A stretch of DNA of 63,934 nt, the filler included, from Octopus bimaculoides (taxonomy: Eukaryota): NCBI RefSeq assembly GCF_001194135.2. It is 10 parts of 9 records of this genome, joined end to end, with 100 filler letters (N's around TTAATTAATTAA, not from the genome) between each part and the next. Parts side by side here need not be neighbours in the genome. Positions count along the whole stretch, not along the records: positions 61,251 to 62,684 come from NW_026304488.1; positions 62,785 to 63,934 come from NC_069002.1; 8 more parts are not named here. One strand, given 5' to 3'. Positions 62,321 through 63,934 of this stretch are shown here, in pieces (positions within the stretch are counted from its first letter, which is position 1; every line of letters starts with the position of its first letter). Made by a program: the position numbers and the translations under genes. A model generated the notes under the pieces. The model ran no database searches. It was not told the DNA's origin and worked only from the letters and a program-made list of their open reading frames with translations.

Positions 62321-62398
62321 CTGAAAAGCAATAAAGACATTAAAGATATCGTCTGGAAAAGAAGATACAAAAATTAAAAACACAGAAAGAGAACCTCT

Positions 62399-62503
62399 CT
62401 TAATTTCTAGTTCTTGTAGTGACTCGGCTTTTAGAGCACGGTCATCAGCATAGAAGAGTTCCAAGGGGCAGCTTGTCTTGAATTCTTCTGTTATTGCCGA
62501 TAT
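62399..62503 (-). mobile_element. RTE-like reverse-transcriptase fragment in intron
   Basis: EFKTSCPLELFYADDRALKAESLQEL resembles RTE GCPWELLYADDLAL.AES. Confidence 0.7.
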
Positions 62504-62514
62504 GTATGTATGCA

Positions 62515-62684
62515 TGCTCGTCCGTTTCCCATGCTTGCATCGACTGGACAGTTTGTAAGGAGCTGGCAAATCGAGGGCTGAACCAGGCTCCAGTCTTGTT
62601 TTGGCATGGTCTGTATGACTGGATGCCCTTTCGAACATCACTCAATTTACGGAGTGTGCGGGGAAATTTTTACATGGCATTGAT
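62515..62684 (-). mobile_element. Family D fragment
   Basis: CTGGATGCCCTTT motif and similarity to 3055-3200. Confidence 0.65.
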
Positions 62685-63934
62685 NNNNNNNNNNNNNNNN
62701 NNNNNNNNNNNNNNNNNNNNNNNNNNNNTTAATTAATTAANNNNNNNNNNNNNNNNNNNNNNNNNNNNNNNNNNNNNNNNNNNNATATATATATACATAT
62801 ATGCATACACATTTATATATATGTGCATATGTATATAACATTTATATTTCTTGTTATCTACCACTTTTTTCTTGAGGGCGGCAGATGGGGCGGGAGGGTA
62901 AGTGTGAAAAGAAAGAAAGGAGAAACAAATTTCCTAAATCTGAAAGAAGTAATCTAGAACTAAAACAAATGATTTAACCATATAATACACACACACGCAC
63001 ACACACACACACACATACACACACATTGAGCCATACACATACAAACCCACACACGCGCAACCATCGACAGCGCGCAGCCATCCACACATATACACACGCA
63101 GCCAACTACACGCACACACATATAGCCATCCACACACATCTATACATGCACATGCGCAACCATCCACGCAAACCGTCTTTCTCTCTCTCTATCTCCCTCT
63201 CAATCTCTCTCTCTGATATAGACGTATTCACAAAGACACACACACACACCAACACACACACACACATTTACAAGCGTACAATCACAGAGAATACATCAGG
63301 TTATGTAGTATAAAACAACAAAAGGCAACACAATTTCAACATCTCTAAAACAGCAGAAGAGAATAACAGAGACTGTAAGAAGAATAACAAGAACAACAAT
63401 AACAAAAAAAACAACAATAATGATAATAACAATAATAACTGTAACAAAAGCAACAGCAATAACAAAAACAACAACAAGAGAATAGAAGCAAAAAAGAAAC
63501 AAGAAAAGATAATAACGTTGGCTCAAACAAGTAAAAGAATTAATCCACTGTACGAGCAAGGAAATAAATTTCCAAACTAAACCGTTCGTAATCATTGTCA
63601 AACCATTAATATCTATCAAGGAACCATTAGAATATTGGATGCTAGTGACTCTGTACCATTTGTAAAAGCAGGCATCGAGGAAGAGAGGGGGGAACGGGGA
63701 AGATGGAGTTAAAGATGGCAGGCAAAAATTATCGCGTACAAGCATTTATAAGTTGATGTTTGTATTTTACGTACCGTATATATTAATGCATGCATATATA
63801 TATATATATATAGTTACATATACATATATATATATGCTTATATACATAGACATATCTGTATATATATATATATATACAATATGTATATGTGTGAATACCT
63901 AAGCATGTATATATATATATATATATATATATAT

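Noticed and set aside
61724-62641. The 305-aa ORF as a complete ankyrin gene
   Set aside because: The N-terminal third is a family D repeat, an RTE RT fragment (YADD) and intron. Ankyrin sequence starts only at the AG acceptor at 62321.

Overview
Eukaryotic, AT-rich, repeat-dominated genomic DNA. The SINE families and extreme microsatellite load suggest an octopod cephalopod, probably Octopus (inference from pattern recognition, no search run). The window is a draft-assembly patchwork: nine 100-bp spacers (44 N + TTAATTAATTAA + 44 N) join ten segments whose true adjacency is unproven, and many sized N gaps sit at microsatellites. Only one host coding exon is well supported, a minus-strand exon encoding six ankyrin repeats (62320-61745) with canonical splice sites. 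Almost all other ORFs in the supplied track are microsatellite, gap or transposon artefacts. The rest is a mobile-element graveyard: four tRNA-derived SINE families (dozens of copies), two Dong/R4-like and one HERO-like RLE retrotransposons, two Tx1/L1-like LINE copies (one split by a clean 420-bp solo LTR with a 4-bp TSD), Penelope-like and RTE reverse-transcriptase fragments, mariner, DD37D and DD36E-spaced Tc1 transposons, a MULE remnant, a MITE and Helitron-like and hAT ends. The strongest hidden signal is a dispersed set of hammerhead-ribozyme motifs with palindromic helix III (the dimer-type architecture known from Penelope-like elements and retrozymes). One is essentially complete, with a 36-bp helix I (25556-25660). 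Others are truncated or degenerate (25428-25465, a divergent pair at 6840-7150, 24897-24940, 49335-49420, 58765-58850). Also notable are a 1-kb fold-back satellite with a microhomology junction and 5'-chimeric Dong/R4 insertions in (TAA)n tracts.
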